A DNA stretch of 64,000 nt from Candidatus Latescibacterota bacterium (GCA_965203805.1 OZ241917.1:3936001-4000000); one strand, 5' to 3'; shown: positions 1-10,244, counted from the first letter of the stretch. The notes: a model not told the origin generated them from the sequence alone. Made by a program: numbers and translations.

Positions 1-6
1 GATCGA

Positions 7-820
7 GTGATTTGGGCAGATGTAAGTTCAGGAGGTCTCGTAATGTCATTGCGAATAGTTCGTCACATCCAACGATACTGGAGAGGGTTACCTCCTACTG
101 GTTTTGCGTTTATATGCTTCGGGTTCTATGTACCAATGCCGCTCGAAGCCACAACACAGCAATACGCCAATGAGCTATATGAAACTGCGGTAGAGCAGGC
201 CGGTCGCGTCACCGTCGAGCAGAGCCTGGAGGCTTTCCAGCGAGTATTGAATTCGGACCGGGACTTTGCGCCGGCCCACTACGAAATCGCAATGCTTTAT
301 ATGTCCCTTGACACGCCCCTGGATCGCCAGAGCGCACGCAGGTCGCTGGATGATGCGATTCGGCTGGAGCCGGGCAACGGGGATTATCAACTGATGCTCG
401 GTGAGTTGCTCGGCAAGCAGGGACTCTGGCCAAATGCCGAAGGGCATTATGAGAAGATATACGAGAACTTTCCTGAACATCGCGCCCAAGCAGCTTACAT
501 GGTTGGATTTTTTCCGTGCAAGCTTTCCTGAAGTATCTTGAGATGGAGCCTGTAGAAATCGTCGCAGGTGGAGTAGGGTCGCCAACGTACCGCCATGTCC
601 GCTGGGAAGAACACGGAACGCGGGATAGAGATAAAGCACTGGCATTCCTGATAAAAAGCATCGAGGTCGATCCTGAAAATCGAGACGCGCATTACGACTT
701 GGGACTGATACACTATGAGAGCGAGAATCCGAGGGGGTTGGTATTGGCATCAAAGCCGTGCCTGGATCAGTTTCCCGAGGACAAGGACGCGTAGCTCAAT
801 TGTGGGTTGGGGTACCAATG
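7..820 (+). pseudogene. Decayed 5' fragment of a TPR + GWxTD family gene
   Basis: ORFs 7..531 and 516..794 join if one T is added to the T6 run at 508-513 (GFFSVQAFLKY). A TAG at 792-794 sits in DKDA*LNCGLGYQ where paralogs read DKDALLFCGLGYQ, and similarity stops near 820. The N-terminus closely resembles the 35178 gene (YETAxEQxGRVTVExS...APAHYEIAxLYxSLDTP). Confidence 0.8.
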
Positions 821-889
821 CAAACTCGACTTCCGGTTCAGGATAGCAATGGTCCGATTTGCATTTTTGAATGGCAGGAAGGTAACGTC

Positions 890-3800
890 ATGCGGTTGAT
901 CATTTGGAGTATTCTCGTATTCGCATTCTGCATTCTGGCAACCCCCTGTCTTGTCGAAGCGTCGGACCGTGATTATCTCACGGTAACGTCAGTGGCCGGG
1001 GATCAAGCAATTGCAGTCCAACGTGGCAAGGGTGCCACTTCCGTCACTGAAATCTGGATTGTCTCGTTTGAGGACACCCAACCCAGGAGGATCAAAACCT
1101 ACCTTGGAGAACTGGGCGATCTCTTTTTTGATCCAGCTGGCGATACCTTAATTTATCTGGAACGAAGCCTGCGACATCACGCCTGGGCATCCTATTACTA
1201 TGGTGGGCTGTCTCTTCCGATTGCAAGGAACACGGTGTGGAAGTTGAGCTTGCACGGCGGCGAAGAGGAAGAGTGGCCCCTTCCGAAGGATCTTCAACCT
1301 CTCCAATTCGGGCTTTCTCCTGATGGACGGTCATTGGCGGTCATTGGTTATCGACGCAGTGCTTTCGAGCGCACAAGACACGGCCTCTGGACAGTCGACA
1401 GACGGGGAGACATCAGGCTTTTGTTTGCTGGTAACGTAAGTGGGCCTGTCGATTGGTCAGATGATGGAAAAACTGTTTCATGCGGTGTCAAGGACGACGG
1501 GGAGGCGATCCGTGTTCACGTGGAGACGGGCGAAACTGTTCCGTCGATTCCGAAGGAAGGAATTCCTGCGAACGGAAGACAAGATCGAGATTCCTTGTCC
1601 AGGGCGAGGCCCACGAACGCTTTGCGTCAGTCCGATTCGTCAGATATCCCCCTACGTTTGATCAGTTCCGGCCTGAACCTATACATACGCGGCAGAAATG
1701 CCCTCCACAGAGGAAACGAAGACAATGCGAAAGAACTGTTCGAGCATGCCAGACGCGAATTCAAGAGACTCTACGATCAGGCCGCGACGTACGGATTGTC
1801 GAGGAATAGTTGCGCAAGATATATCAAAGCTTGTGAGATTTGGATCAAAGCAGACGCCAGGAAGGCCGACAGACGCAACTGCCAGGAGCGCTTGACGGGG
1901 ATGCTCCGGCTGATGGACGAATTCAAGCGCGCCCGGAACAACAACGAACCCGCGGACCTTGCTGAATTGCATCAGTGGGCAACGCGGAGGATTGTTGCAG
2001 ACGCGCCGGCAGGAAAGGAACTGGATGACAGGAAAGCGATCCTTGGCGTGCTGTTCTCGTGCCCGTCAAACCGGGACTACACATTTCTCAGCGATTATCT
2101 GTATAAGCACCAGGGATTGCCAGGCGCGCCGGCCCTGGCCTGTTTATGGCACCGCGGCGAGCAGATCGACGGTGTCGCGGACCTCAAGGGCGGTCACACG
2201 GAAATTTCGCGCATACCCGCAGCACGGGTCGACAGCCTGGCATCCACCGGGCGCCGCGCCATGGACGCGAATGAGCTGGACCGGGCGCGCCTGATCTACC
2301 GGAACGTCGCGCGTCAACGGCCGAGGGATCCCGACGCGTTTATCCACCTGGGTCACATTCTTCTGAAATTGAGACGATTCGAGGAATCGAAGGACGCGTT
2401 TTACCGCGCCATGATCCTCGGCAGCAAAGCGCTGGCGCACCACGGCCTGGGTATGCTTTACGCGATGTGGCCGATGCAGCGGCATTTCGCGATTCACCAT
2501 TTTACCGAAGCGTTGATCAAGGACCGGGACTTCGTGGACGCGCGATATCGGATGGCCAAAGTTCGTTATGAGATGAAACAGCGTGACGCGGAGCTGGAGC
2601 TGAAACGGGTTCTGAAAATGGACCCCGGCCACGCGGACGCTTATCTGATGATTGCGGACTATTACCTGAACCTGTCCTGGGAATTCGAGAAGGCCGTCGT
2701 GTGGTATACGAAATACCTCGCGCTTCGCCCGGAAGACGCGGCCGCGCAGCGCCGGCTGGGCGTTGCGTACCTGAAGGTGAGGGACTATTCGAAGATTATG
2801 GGCCACCTGCTGGACTTTGTCAGGAAACATCCGGAGTCCATCGAACTGATGCCGATCGTCGCTATTTCTGCCATCGAACAGGACAGTCTGGATATGGCAA
2901 TGAGGTTTTTCGAAGGCTACGTTGCCAGGGTTTCGCCCGATGTACGGCGTCGGTACGAAGATATATCACTCGTTGCTTCCAGGGATGAACTCAGGACCCT
3001 TGACGAAGCCGCGAATGCCCATCGCGAGACGTATTTGAGTCGTTTCTGGAATGGAAAGGACCCGGACCTGTCCACGTCCGTGAACGAGCGTCTGCTGGAA
3101 CACTACCGACGGGTCTGGTACGCGCTGACGGATTTTTCGGAGGGCAGGCAACCATGGGACGCGAGGGGCGAGGTCTACATTCGATTCGGGGAACCCGACC
3201 ACCGGTCCAGGTCGGACGACCCAAACTTCAGACAGAGCCTGGCGGTGCAGCGGGTCAAGGAGCGCCTTGCAATCAACATTTACAAGGGCGACGTACGGGC
3301 GCATACGTTCGTGGGTCCTGTTTATCCCATCCGCAGCATCAAACAGCTGGACGGCGCGTGGTACGACCTGAAGGACATCGGAATTGGAAACCCGAACGCA
3401 TCGGCGCGTGAACCGGGGGACGACGAGACTGGCACCCCCGACGACATGGGAAGAAGCTCTTCGGGTGATGAAGGAGTCACAGAGTCGTCGCCCGCACCAA
3501 ACGATACCGTCCGGTTCGGCATTTTGTCCTTGGACGAGCGCTTGGGATTCGGCGACTATCACCCGGTTACAGCTGGTGATGATCCGAGTACAGTGCCTTG
3601 GGAAACGTGGGTTTACACCGATGTGGCAGGCGGAGTTGAAATCACCTTTACCGACGAAATCGGTTCCGGGACCTACGATTACGCGCCCATGCCGCCCAAC
3701 CAGGGTGACATAGAGATCCGCCAGACCACTGCATTGAGAAGCCACTCACCAAGAGAGATCTACAAGAGAGCGGCACGTATAGCACCCAATTACTATCCGG

Positions 3801-4636
3801 CGGAATACGAGAATTCGCATCTTGACTTCCACTATTCACTGGCCGACTTCCGAGGTGAGGGCGACAAGAGCCTTCTCGAAATCTACTACGGCGTCCCGAT
3901 TTCCCCGGCCCACTACCAGGCGGACGAGGACGTCACGCGCCTGGTTCTGACGCACCACGCAGCACTGATTTCATCCGCGCTGGACACGGTCTATCGGAAG
4001 ACAAATGAGATTGACTACAAGGCTGAGGGTAATCAGGCCGGTGAAGGTCAGCTGGTGCCTGACGTGCTGAAATTGAACCTGCCGCCCGGCGCTTATCGTT
4101 TAGAGGTAAAGTCGCAGGATCGCGCAAAAGGGAGAATGGGCATCTATCAGCAACAGGTCGTGGTGGAGCCCTATGGCGGGGATGGATTGCAGATCAGCGA
4201 CCTGGAATTGGCCTGGAGGATTACTGCCGAAAAGTCGGAGGGCAGATTCGCCAAGGGAGATCTGCAAGTAATACCAATGCCTTCCCGGACATACCGGAAA
4301 GGCCAAAGCGTTTTTGTTTACTACGAGGTTTACAACCTGAAAAAAGACGAATTCGGACAGACGAACTACAATGTCTCCTATACGATCACATCCAGTGACG
4401 CACCTCAACAGGCGAGCAATATCTCTCGTCTGTTCAGATGGGGAACGGGCACGAGGGAAGAATTGGCCGTTTCGTACGAACAACTGGGTGACGCTGCTCG
4501 AGAAGTGGAATACGTGGAACTGGCGCTGGACGATCAGGTTCCAGGCCGATATTCATTGAAGGTTTCGATAAACGACAGGAACAGCGGCACTTCGGTGGAG
4601 AAAGACGCGGTCTTTGTCATTGCTCGAAAGGATTGA
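890..4636 (+). CDS. Exported multidomain TPR + GWxTD-type protein (long class: TolB-like region, pilin-like segment, TPRs, PWDxRG variant, C-terminal beta-sandwich region)
   Basis: Part of ORF 758..4636. ATG 890 follows GGAAGG and starts a signal peptide (MRLIIWSILVFAFCILATPC). Motifs: FWNGKDPDLSTSVNERLLEHYRRVWYA, PWDARGEVYIRFGEPD, LQISDLELAW, VFVYYEVYNL. Confidence 0.85.
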   Translation: MRLIIWSILVFAFCILATPCLVEASDRDYLTVTSVAGDQAIAVQRGKGATSVTEIWIVSFEDTQPRRIKTYLGELGDLFFDPAGDTLIYLERSLRHHAWASYYYGGLSLPIARNTVWKLSLHGGEEEEWPLPKDLQPLQFGLSPDGRSLAVIGYRRSAFERTRHGLWTVDRRGDIRLLFAGNVSGPVDWSDDGKTVSCGVKDDGEAIRVHVETGETVPSIPKEGIPANGRQDRDSLSRARPTNALRQSDSSDIPLRLISSGLNLYIRGRNALHRGNEDNAKELFEHARREFKRLYDQAATYGLSRNSCARYIKACEIWIKADARKADRRNCQERLTGMLRLMDEFKRARNNNEPADLAELHQWATRRIVADAPAGKELDDRKAILGVLFSCPSNRDYTFLSDYLYKHQGLPGAPALACLWHRGEQIDGVADLKGGHTEISRIPAARVDSLASTGRRAMDANELDRARLIYRNVARQRPRDPDAFIHLGHILLKLRRFEESKDAFYRAMILGSKALAHHGLGMLYAMWPMQRHFAIHHFTEALIKDRDFVDARYRMAKVRYEMKQRDAELELKRVLKMDPGHADAYLMIADYYLNLSWEFEKAVVWYTKYLALRPEDAAAQRRLGVAYLKVRDYSKIMGHLLDFVRKHPESIELMPIVAISAIEQDSLDMAMRFFEGYVARVSPDVRRRYEDISLVASRDELRTLDEAANAHRETYLSRFWNGKDPDLSTSVNERLLEHYRRVWYALTDFSEGRQPWDARGEVYIRFGEPDHRSRSDDPNFRQSLAVQRVKERLAINIYKGDVRAHTFVGPVYPIRSIKQLDGAWYDLKDIGIGNPNASAREPGDDETGTPDDMGRSSSGDEGVTESSPAPNDTVRFGILSLDERLGFGDYHPVTAGDDPSTVPWETWVYTDVAGGVEITFTDEIGSGTYDYAPMPPNQGDIEIRQTTALRSHSPREIYKRAARIAPNYYPAEYENSHLDFHYSLADFRGEGDKSLLEIYYGVPISPAHYQADEDVTRLVLTHHAALISSALDTVYRKTNEIDYKAEGNQAGEGQLVPDVLKLNLPPGAYRLEVKSQDRAKGRMGIYQQQVVVEPYGGDGLQISDLELAWRITAEKSEGRFAKGDLQVIPMPSRTYRKGQSVFVYYEVYNLKKDEFGQTNYNVSYTITSSDAPQQASNISRLFRWGTGTREELAVSYEQLGDAAREVEYVELALDDQVPGRYSLKVSINDRNSGTSVEKDAVFVIARKD

Positions 4637-4750
4637 CATCCGAACACTTCGGGTATCCTGAATACAAAGTGAACCAGCCTGGATTTACTTGATTTACCTC
4701 AGATACGATATAGAGATGTTCACAAGTTCGATCATGAATGATAGCATCTG

Positions 4751-4833
4751 ACAAGCTGATCGTTACCGTGAAGGATCTCTATACGGGGAAAATCGCGAAA
4801 CGGCACGTGGTGTTCCGGGTCGTGGCGTGAAAT
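4751..4833 (+). pseudogene. Orphan 3' end of a GWxTD-family gene (KLIVTVKDLYTGKIAKRHVVFRVVA*)
   Basis: 83 bp matching 39966-40048, the end of the 37673 gene, with about 8 mismatches by manual alignment. No upstream gene body. Confidence 0.8.
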
Positions 4834-4978
4834 CGAAAAACCCCCGGCAGCGAGGCTCGAGCGGTAACGTGATCTTCGCATGCGTTGGAGGGCAAAGGAC
4901 CCCAAGCCAACCAACAACCGTCAATCGACACGGAAAAGCACGCCTTTGCTCTGTACAGGTTAGGGGTGGGAAACCTCT

Positions 4979-7483
4979 ATGATTCGGATTCTTTATCACT
5001 CAGTTCTGGTTGCCGGCATTGGATGGGTTTGTCATGGAGACGTCGTAGCGACGGAATTATCCCGACAGACCGAAGTTCGGGTGAATCGGCTGTATGATGC
5101 CGGAATGGAACTGTTGAAGCAGGGCCGCCTGGTCGAGTCGGGAAAACAGTTTCGAAATGCAATTGAAATTAACGGGAAACATGTGCCCTCTTTTGTCGGC
5201 TTGGGTCACGTATACTTGAGGCAAGATAGTCTGAAGGCTGCCGAGCACGCCTTTATGAATGCCCGACATGTAGATGAAGAGTATGCGCCGGCCTATAACG
5301 GGTTGGGTTTGGTCTACTGGAAGAAGAAGACGGGACGCCTGTGGGCTATTCAATATTTCCGCACTGCGTACCAGCTCGATCGCGGTTATTCGGAGGCCTA
5401 TTACAATGCGGCTGAGGTCTACCGCGAGTTGGGCGATACGAAAGAGTTGGATACGTACGAGAGATTGGTGGACGCATCTCCCGGGCATCATGACGCCTGG
5501 TTCCGCATAGGGGAGATCCATCGAACGGGCGGAGCAGGACGGTATCCGAACTTGCTTGAAGCCGAAACAGCCTATCGAAAACAGCTTGATTCGAACACCG
5601 GCCACCGTGAGGCAAGGATCGGTCTGGCCGACGTGCTTGCCGGGCGAGGCGAAACCGATGAAGCGCTGGCCTTGTTGGAGGCGTTTGAAGATACCTCGGG
5701 CGTGCAAAGTCGTGAAGTTCTGTTACAACAGGCCAGGATTCATCAAATTCGCCGGGAGCCGGACAGGGCTGAGGCGCGTTATGAGAAATACATCGAATCG
5801 TTGGATCCGGAGGAGCAACTGTGTTATTTCGATCTCAGCCTCGTGGCGGCCGGTGCGGACCTGGAACGGTTCAGGTCGGCGCCGAAGTCGGAATGGAGGG
5901 AACTGTCGAACAGGTTCTGGGCGGGCAAGGACCCGGCGCCGGTGACGGCGGCGAACGAACGCCGTAACGAACACTTCCGGCGTGTTGCATTCTCCCGGGC
6001 GTCCTACGGCCAACACGCATTTCCATGGGATGTGCGAGGGGAAGTCTACGTCCGGTACGGGGAACCGGATCATGTCAGCAAGTCCGCTGATATCCAATTC
6101 GAGACGGCGCCCAGGGTCGTGGCGGTAAAGGAGCGCCTCGTCAATCAGGCCGGTGATGCTGTTTTTGCGTTAACGAAGAGCAGGGATGACGAGATGCTGG
6201 AATATATCGTCACGGAAACGATAAGTTACGCTGACCAGGACCGGGAGATTCAGATTGGACCGATGAGTTCCAGGCAGAGAGAGATCGCGGAGACCGGCAA
6301 TAGCCGCACTTATACTGCTTTAGATGACGACCCGATGGCAAAGATGCGAAAGAGCGGAATTAAACGCGACAAATTCGGAAGTCTTCAGGTGTCGTCGGCC
6401 AGTATTCTCGGATGGCCTGTACACCCCGTACCGGGCAAGGTCTGGGAGTACTGGATCTACACCGACGTTGGCCCGGGCGTTGAGATCACGTTTGTGCAGT
6501 CGTACCATCCCGGACCCTATACCTATGCGGATATGCCTCACGGGATTGGCGAGGGCGGCGGCAGCGTCTCTCGATCCTGGCGCGAGATGAATCCAGCGGT
6601 TGTGGTGAACAGGGCAATTGCGAAAACTCCTGAGGTGTACAGGCAGGATTTCGCAACCGCCCCACTGGATTTCTTCTATGATTCTGCGCGATTCAAGAGA
6701 GACGACCGTTCCGTAAATCTGGAGGTGTACTATGGTGTTCCAACGGGAGACATTGCCTACGAAGCGGGCGAGGATGGCCGGCGAACCGCGCGTTTGAGAC
6801 GGGGCGTCGCGTTGTTCGACGAGGCCGGGCGTCAGGTATACAGGTCCGATGATGACATGGAACTCTACGCAAGCGGGGACCCGGACACAATGGGCAAAGC
6901 TTTCGTGCCTTTTATGGACCGGATTTCGACCGCGCCGGGCAGATACCGGATGGCCGTTCAAATCTTGGATGTCTCGTCAGGAAAGTCACAGGTGTACAAT
7001 CAGCGGGTAGCAATCACCGCATACGGCGACAGCTATCTGCGCATCAGCGACATACAGTTGTCCGCCTTCATCCGCTCCGGAAGTGAGGGCAGGTTCCAGA
7101 AGGGTGATATCGACGTCGTGCCGAACCCGAGCCAGGCCTACATTTCCGGTCAACCAGTACATATCTACTATGAAATGTACAATCTGAAGAAGGATGAATT
7201 CGGCGTGGTACGTTATCGTGTTTCCTTTCAGGTCGAATCGATAGAGCAAAAGTCCATCGCCGTTCGAATTCTGGGAGGGATCGGCAAGTTGCTCGGCGGA
7301 AGGGAGGAGCGTGAGTCGATCACAGTCGATTACGAACATGTCGGACACCGTTCGGATGATCCTGGGTACCTGGAACTCGACATGACCAAGAGCGAACCGG
7401 GGAGGTACGTGCTGAGGATTAATGTAACGGACATGAATTCACGCCATGAAGCGGTCGCTTCCAAGCTCTTTACAATCAGGTAG
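4979..7483 (+). CDS. TPR + GWxTD-type protein (short class, PWDVRG variant)
   Basis: 834 aa ORF with an N-terminal hydrophobic signal and TPR helices (APAYNGLGLVY, SEAYYNAAEVY). Motifs: FWAGKDPAPVTAANERRNEHFRRV, PWDVRGEVYVRYGEPD, ISDIQL, IYYEMYNL. Confidence 0.85.
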   Translation: MIRILYHSVLVAGIGWVCHGDVVATELSRQTEVRVNRLYDAGMELLKQGRLVESGKQFRNAIEINGKHVPSFVGLGHVYLRQDSLKAAEHAFMNARHVDEEYAPAYNGLGLVYWKKKTGRLWAIQYFRTAYQLDRGYSEAYYNAAEVYRELGDTKELDTYERLVDASPGHHDAWFRIGEIHRTGGAGRYPNLLEAETAYRKQLDSNTGHREARIGLADVLAGRGETDEALALLEAFEDTSGVQSREVLLQQARIHQIRREPDRAEARYEKYIESLDPEEQLCYFDLSLVAAGADLERFRSAPKSEWRELSNRFWAGKDPAPVTAANERRNEHFRRVAFSRASYGQHAFPWDVRGEVYVRYGEPDHVSKSADIQFETAPRVVAVKERLVNQAGDAVFALTKSRDDEMLEYIVTETISYADQDREIQIGPMSSRQREIAETGNSRTYTALDDDPMAKMRKSGIKRDKFGSLQVSSASILGWPVHPVPGKVWEYWIYTDVGPGVEITFVQSYHPGPYTYADMPHGIGEGGGSVSRSWREMNPAVVVNRAIAKTPEVYRQDFATAPLDFFYDSARFKRDDRSVNLEVYYGVPTGDIAYEAGEDGRRTARLRRGVALFDEAGRQVYRSDDDMELYASGDPDTMGKAFVPFMDRISTAPGRYRMAVQILDVSSGKSQVYNQRVAITAYGDSYLRISDIQLSAFIRSGSEGRFQKGDIDVVPNPSQAYISGQPVHIYYEMYNLKKDEFGVVRYRVSFQVESIEQKSIAVRILGGIGKLLGGREERESITVDYEHVGHRSDDPGYLELDMTKSEPGRYVLRINVTDMNSRHEAVASKLFTIR

Positions 7484-7938
7484 CAGACCGGAGCTAGAAG
7501 ATATCGAACCATTCTACCGCCGATTCATCCCGTCTCACAGCGTTGCCCACCCTCGCCGACGTTGCCTAAACCGCCTCGGTCAGGCGCATTTGCGAACCGG
7601 GCGACTCGTCAGCTGAATTCAAGCTACGTATTTCCGGGTCAGAACACTCGGAATATCACCCTCTATGTGCATTCTCAATTGTGGAACCGCTCCATCAACT
7701 TCCGCCATTTTGAAATATCGTCCCGATCTGTTGGAGTCCCTTTCCGTCGTCCCGTTCCTTTGGCAGGCTAGTACATCGAACCCAAACGACGTTATTTGAA
7801 ACTCTGCTGGTATTTCAATACAACATAATTTATGAAAATATCAGTCGCAATGCTGCTTTCGATTTCGGTCTGTCTGTCGGTCGAAATGTAAACGGTGCGA
7901 CCATCACATAACTAAACAAAGCGGCTCAAGGGAGCACG

Positions 7939-8988
7939 ATGCGACGATATATCCTTTTTGTAATGTGTGCAATTGGCGCACTGCTGGCTTTTTGTCAAGA
8001 TTCGTTCGCACAACCCGCCGGCAATGCCGATTTCGACGGCAATGGCATCGTGGATTTCGGGGACTTCATTCTCTTCGCCCAGGCCTTCGGGTCGAATCAA
8101 TCTCAATTCGACCTCGACGGCAACAATAACGTGGATTTCCCGGATTTCATCCTCTTCGCGAGCCGGTTTGGGGAAGGTATGCCTGAAGAGAAGATTACCG
8201 TTACGCTTCCGGGAGGCGAAAAGCTGGAGATGGTCTGGATCCAAGCGGGCAGGTTCCTGATGGGATCGCCCGTTTCAGAACCCGGGCGCAGGGATGACGA
8301 AGGTCCCCGGCATGAAGTCACAATCACACAGGGATTCTACCTCGGAAAATACGAAGTCACCCAGGCGCAGTGGCAGAGCGTGATGAATACGCGTCCGTGG
8401 GAGCGATTGGGAGCAACCGATGAACTTGAGAAGGCAAAATACCCGGCTCGCAGCGCACGTTGGGAGTGGATACAGTCATTCATTCGGAGATTAAACCAGG
8501 CGGAAGGACGGGATATTTTCCGGTTGCCGACGGAGGCGGAGTGGGAATACGCGTGCAGGGCAGGCACTACGACACCGTGGTTTTTCGGAGCCGACTCGAG
8601 CCGTATCGGCGATTATGCCCGCTATCGTGAGAACTCTCGGACGGCGACGGTGATGCCCGACGGCCGCACTGTCTATGGAAGCCGGGAGCCTCAGGAGACG
8701 GGAGGCGTATTGCCGAATCCGTGGGGCCTATACGATATGTATGGAAATGTTATGGAATGGGTTCAGGATTACTGGGCACCGTATTCAGGAGAGGCACAGA
8801 TCGATCCCAAAGGGCCGCACGAGCCTGCCGAGTTTGACAATGTCAATGCGGGATGGCAGGGGTCATTCCATGTTGCCAGAGGGGGCTATTTTTTCGACAC
8901 CGCTCTCAGAATGCGGTCGGCGATGCGTGTTCGCGGTGCGGGTGCGAGTCACCGAATTGGGTTTCGTTTGCTGATGGAACATCGGTGA
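7939..8988 (+). CDS. Dockerin-like EF-hand + FGE-sulfatase (SUMF1/C-type lectin fold) protein, copy 1
   Basis: Signal peptide. Duplicated Ca-loop DFDGNGIVDFGDFILFAQAFG / DLDGNNNVDFPDFILFA. FGE motifs FLMGS, EGPRHEVTI, RLPTEAEWEYAC, NPWGLYDMYGNV, RGG, GFR. Confidence 0.9.
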   Translation: MRRYILFVMCAIGALLAFCQDSFAQPAGNADFDGNGIVDFGDFILFAQAFGSNQSQFDLDGNNNVDFPDFILFASRFGEGMPEEKITVTLPGGEKLEMVWIQAGRFLMGSPVSEPGRRDDEGPRHEVTITQGFYLGKYEVTQAQWQSVMNTRPWERLGATDELEKAKYPARSARWEWIQSFIRRLNQAEGRDIFRLPTEAEWEYACRAGTTTPWFFGADSSRIGDYARYRENSRTATVMPDGRTVYGSREPQETGGVLPNPWGLYDMYGNVMEWVQDYWAPYSGEAQIDPKGPHEPAEFDNVNAGWQGSFHVARGGYFFDTALRMRSAMRVRGAGASHRIGFRLLMEHR

Positions 8989-9212
8989 GTCGCCTGACGG
9001 CAAATCAGAATCAAAGGGGAGAGATCTTCATGTTCAGGTAAGGCGGTGGACATCGCCTTTTACGGGACTTGACTTATATCATATAATCATTCTTCTTATT
9101 CTTGGTGACGGATCTTGCTGGTTTCGACGTACCTGGGCTCTCTGAGATTCGAGTCCCTTCCCGGGATTCCCGTGCCTTTTCGCGTTAAGCGGTTTAAAGG
9201 AGCCGTGGAGAC

Positions 9213-10244
9213 ATGAGACGGAATACGTTCTCGCTGATATTCGCCGTTCTAGGTATGCTGAGCCTGAACCAGCTTGTGATGGCGCAGTCTCGCGATGCTG
9301 ATTTCGACGCCAACGGAATCGTGGACTTTGGGGATTTCATTTTGTTCGCGCAGGCTTTCGGGTCCGATCAATCCCAATTTGACCTCGACGGCAACGGAAG
9401 CGTGGACTTTCCGGATTTTATCCTTTTCGCGAAGCAATTCGGTGAGGGTCAGCCGGAAGAGGATATTACGGTGACGTTGCCCGGCGGCGCGAAGCTGGAG
9501 ATGGTCTGGATCCAGCCGGGACGCTTCCTGATGGGGTCGCCCGATTCTGAGCCCGACCGGGACGATCACGAGGGTCCCCGGCATGAAGTCACGATTACAA
9601 CGGGATTCTACATGGGCAAGCACGAAGTCACGCAGTCGCAATGGGAGAGCGTGATGAATACGCGTCCGTGGCTTATGGGAGTGGTTTCTCAGGTTCCCGG
9701 GAAAGAGAACTTTCCGGCGAATAGAATGCGCTGGCGCGAAATCGAGACATTCATTCGTGAATTGAACGAGGCCGAAGGATCGGATATTTTCCGGTTGCCC
9801 ACTGAGGCGGAGTGGGAATACGCATGCAGAGCAGGCACCAAGACCCCGTGGTCGTTCGGAAACGACACGACCCGTATCGCCGATTACGCGCGATATTTCG
9901 GGAACTCACGCGGTGCCACCATTCTGGACGACGGGCGAAGAGTCTTTGGACCTCCGGAGGTGCAGGAAACAGGGGGCGTTTTCCCGAACCCGTGGGGCCT
10001 ATATGATATGCACGGAAATGTACGGGAACTCGTGCAGGATTACTACGGTCCGTATTCGGAAGCGCCGCAGGTCGATCCCAAAGGGCCCGACGGACCCGCT
10101 GGAGGACGCACTTCGGATGGCAGCCGCGTTGTGAGAGGAGGATCGAGTTTCGACCGCCCCCCGTGGATTCGGTCGGCTGCCCGTTCGTTCGGGTGGGTGC
10201 CGGACGCATTCACCGGGTTTCGTTTGCTGATGGAACATCGATAG
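9213..10244 (+). CDS. Dockerin-like + FGE-sulfatase domain protein, copy 2
   Basis: Same motifs as copy 1, AAGGAG RBS, ends MEHR*. Confidence 0.9.
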   Translation: MRRNTFSLIFAVLGMLSLNQLVMAQSRDADFDANGIVDFGDFILFAQAFGSDQSQFDLDGNGSVDFPDFILFAKQFGEGQPEEDITVTLPGGAKLEMVWIQPGRFLMGSPDSEPDRDDHEGPRHEVTITTGFYMGKHEVTQSQWESVMNTRPWLMGVVSQVPGKENFPANRMRWREIETFIRELNEAEGSDIFRLPTEAEWEYACRAGTKTPWSFGNDTTRIADYARYFGNSRGATILDDGRRVFGPPEVQETGGVFPNPWGLYDMHGNVRELVQDYYGPYSEAPQVDPKGPDGPAGGRTSDGSRVVRGGSSFDRPPWIRSAARSFGWVPDAFTGFRLLMEHR

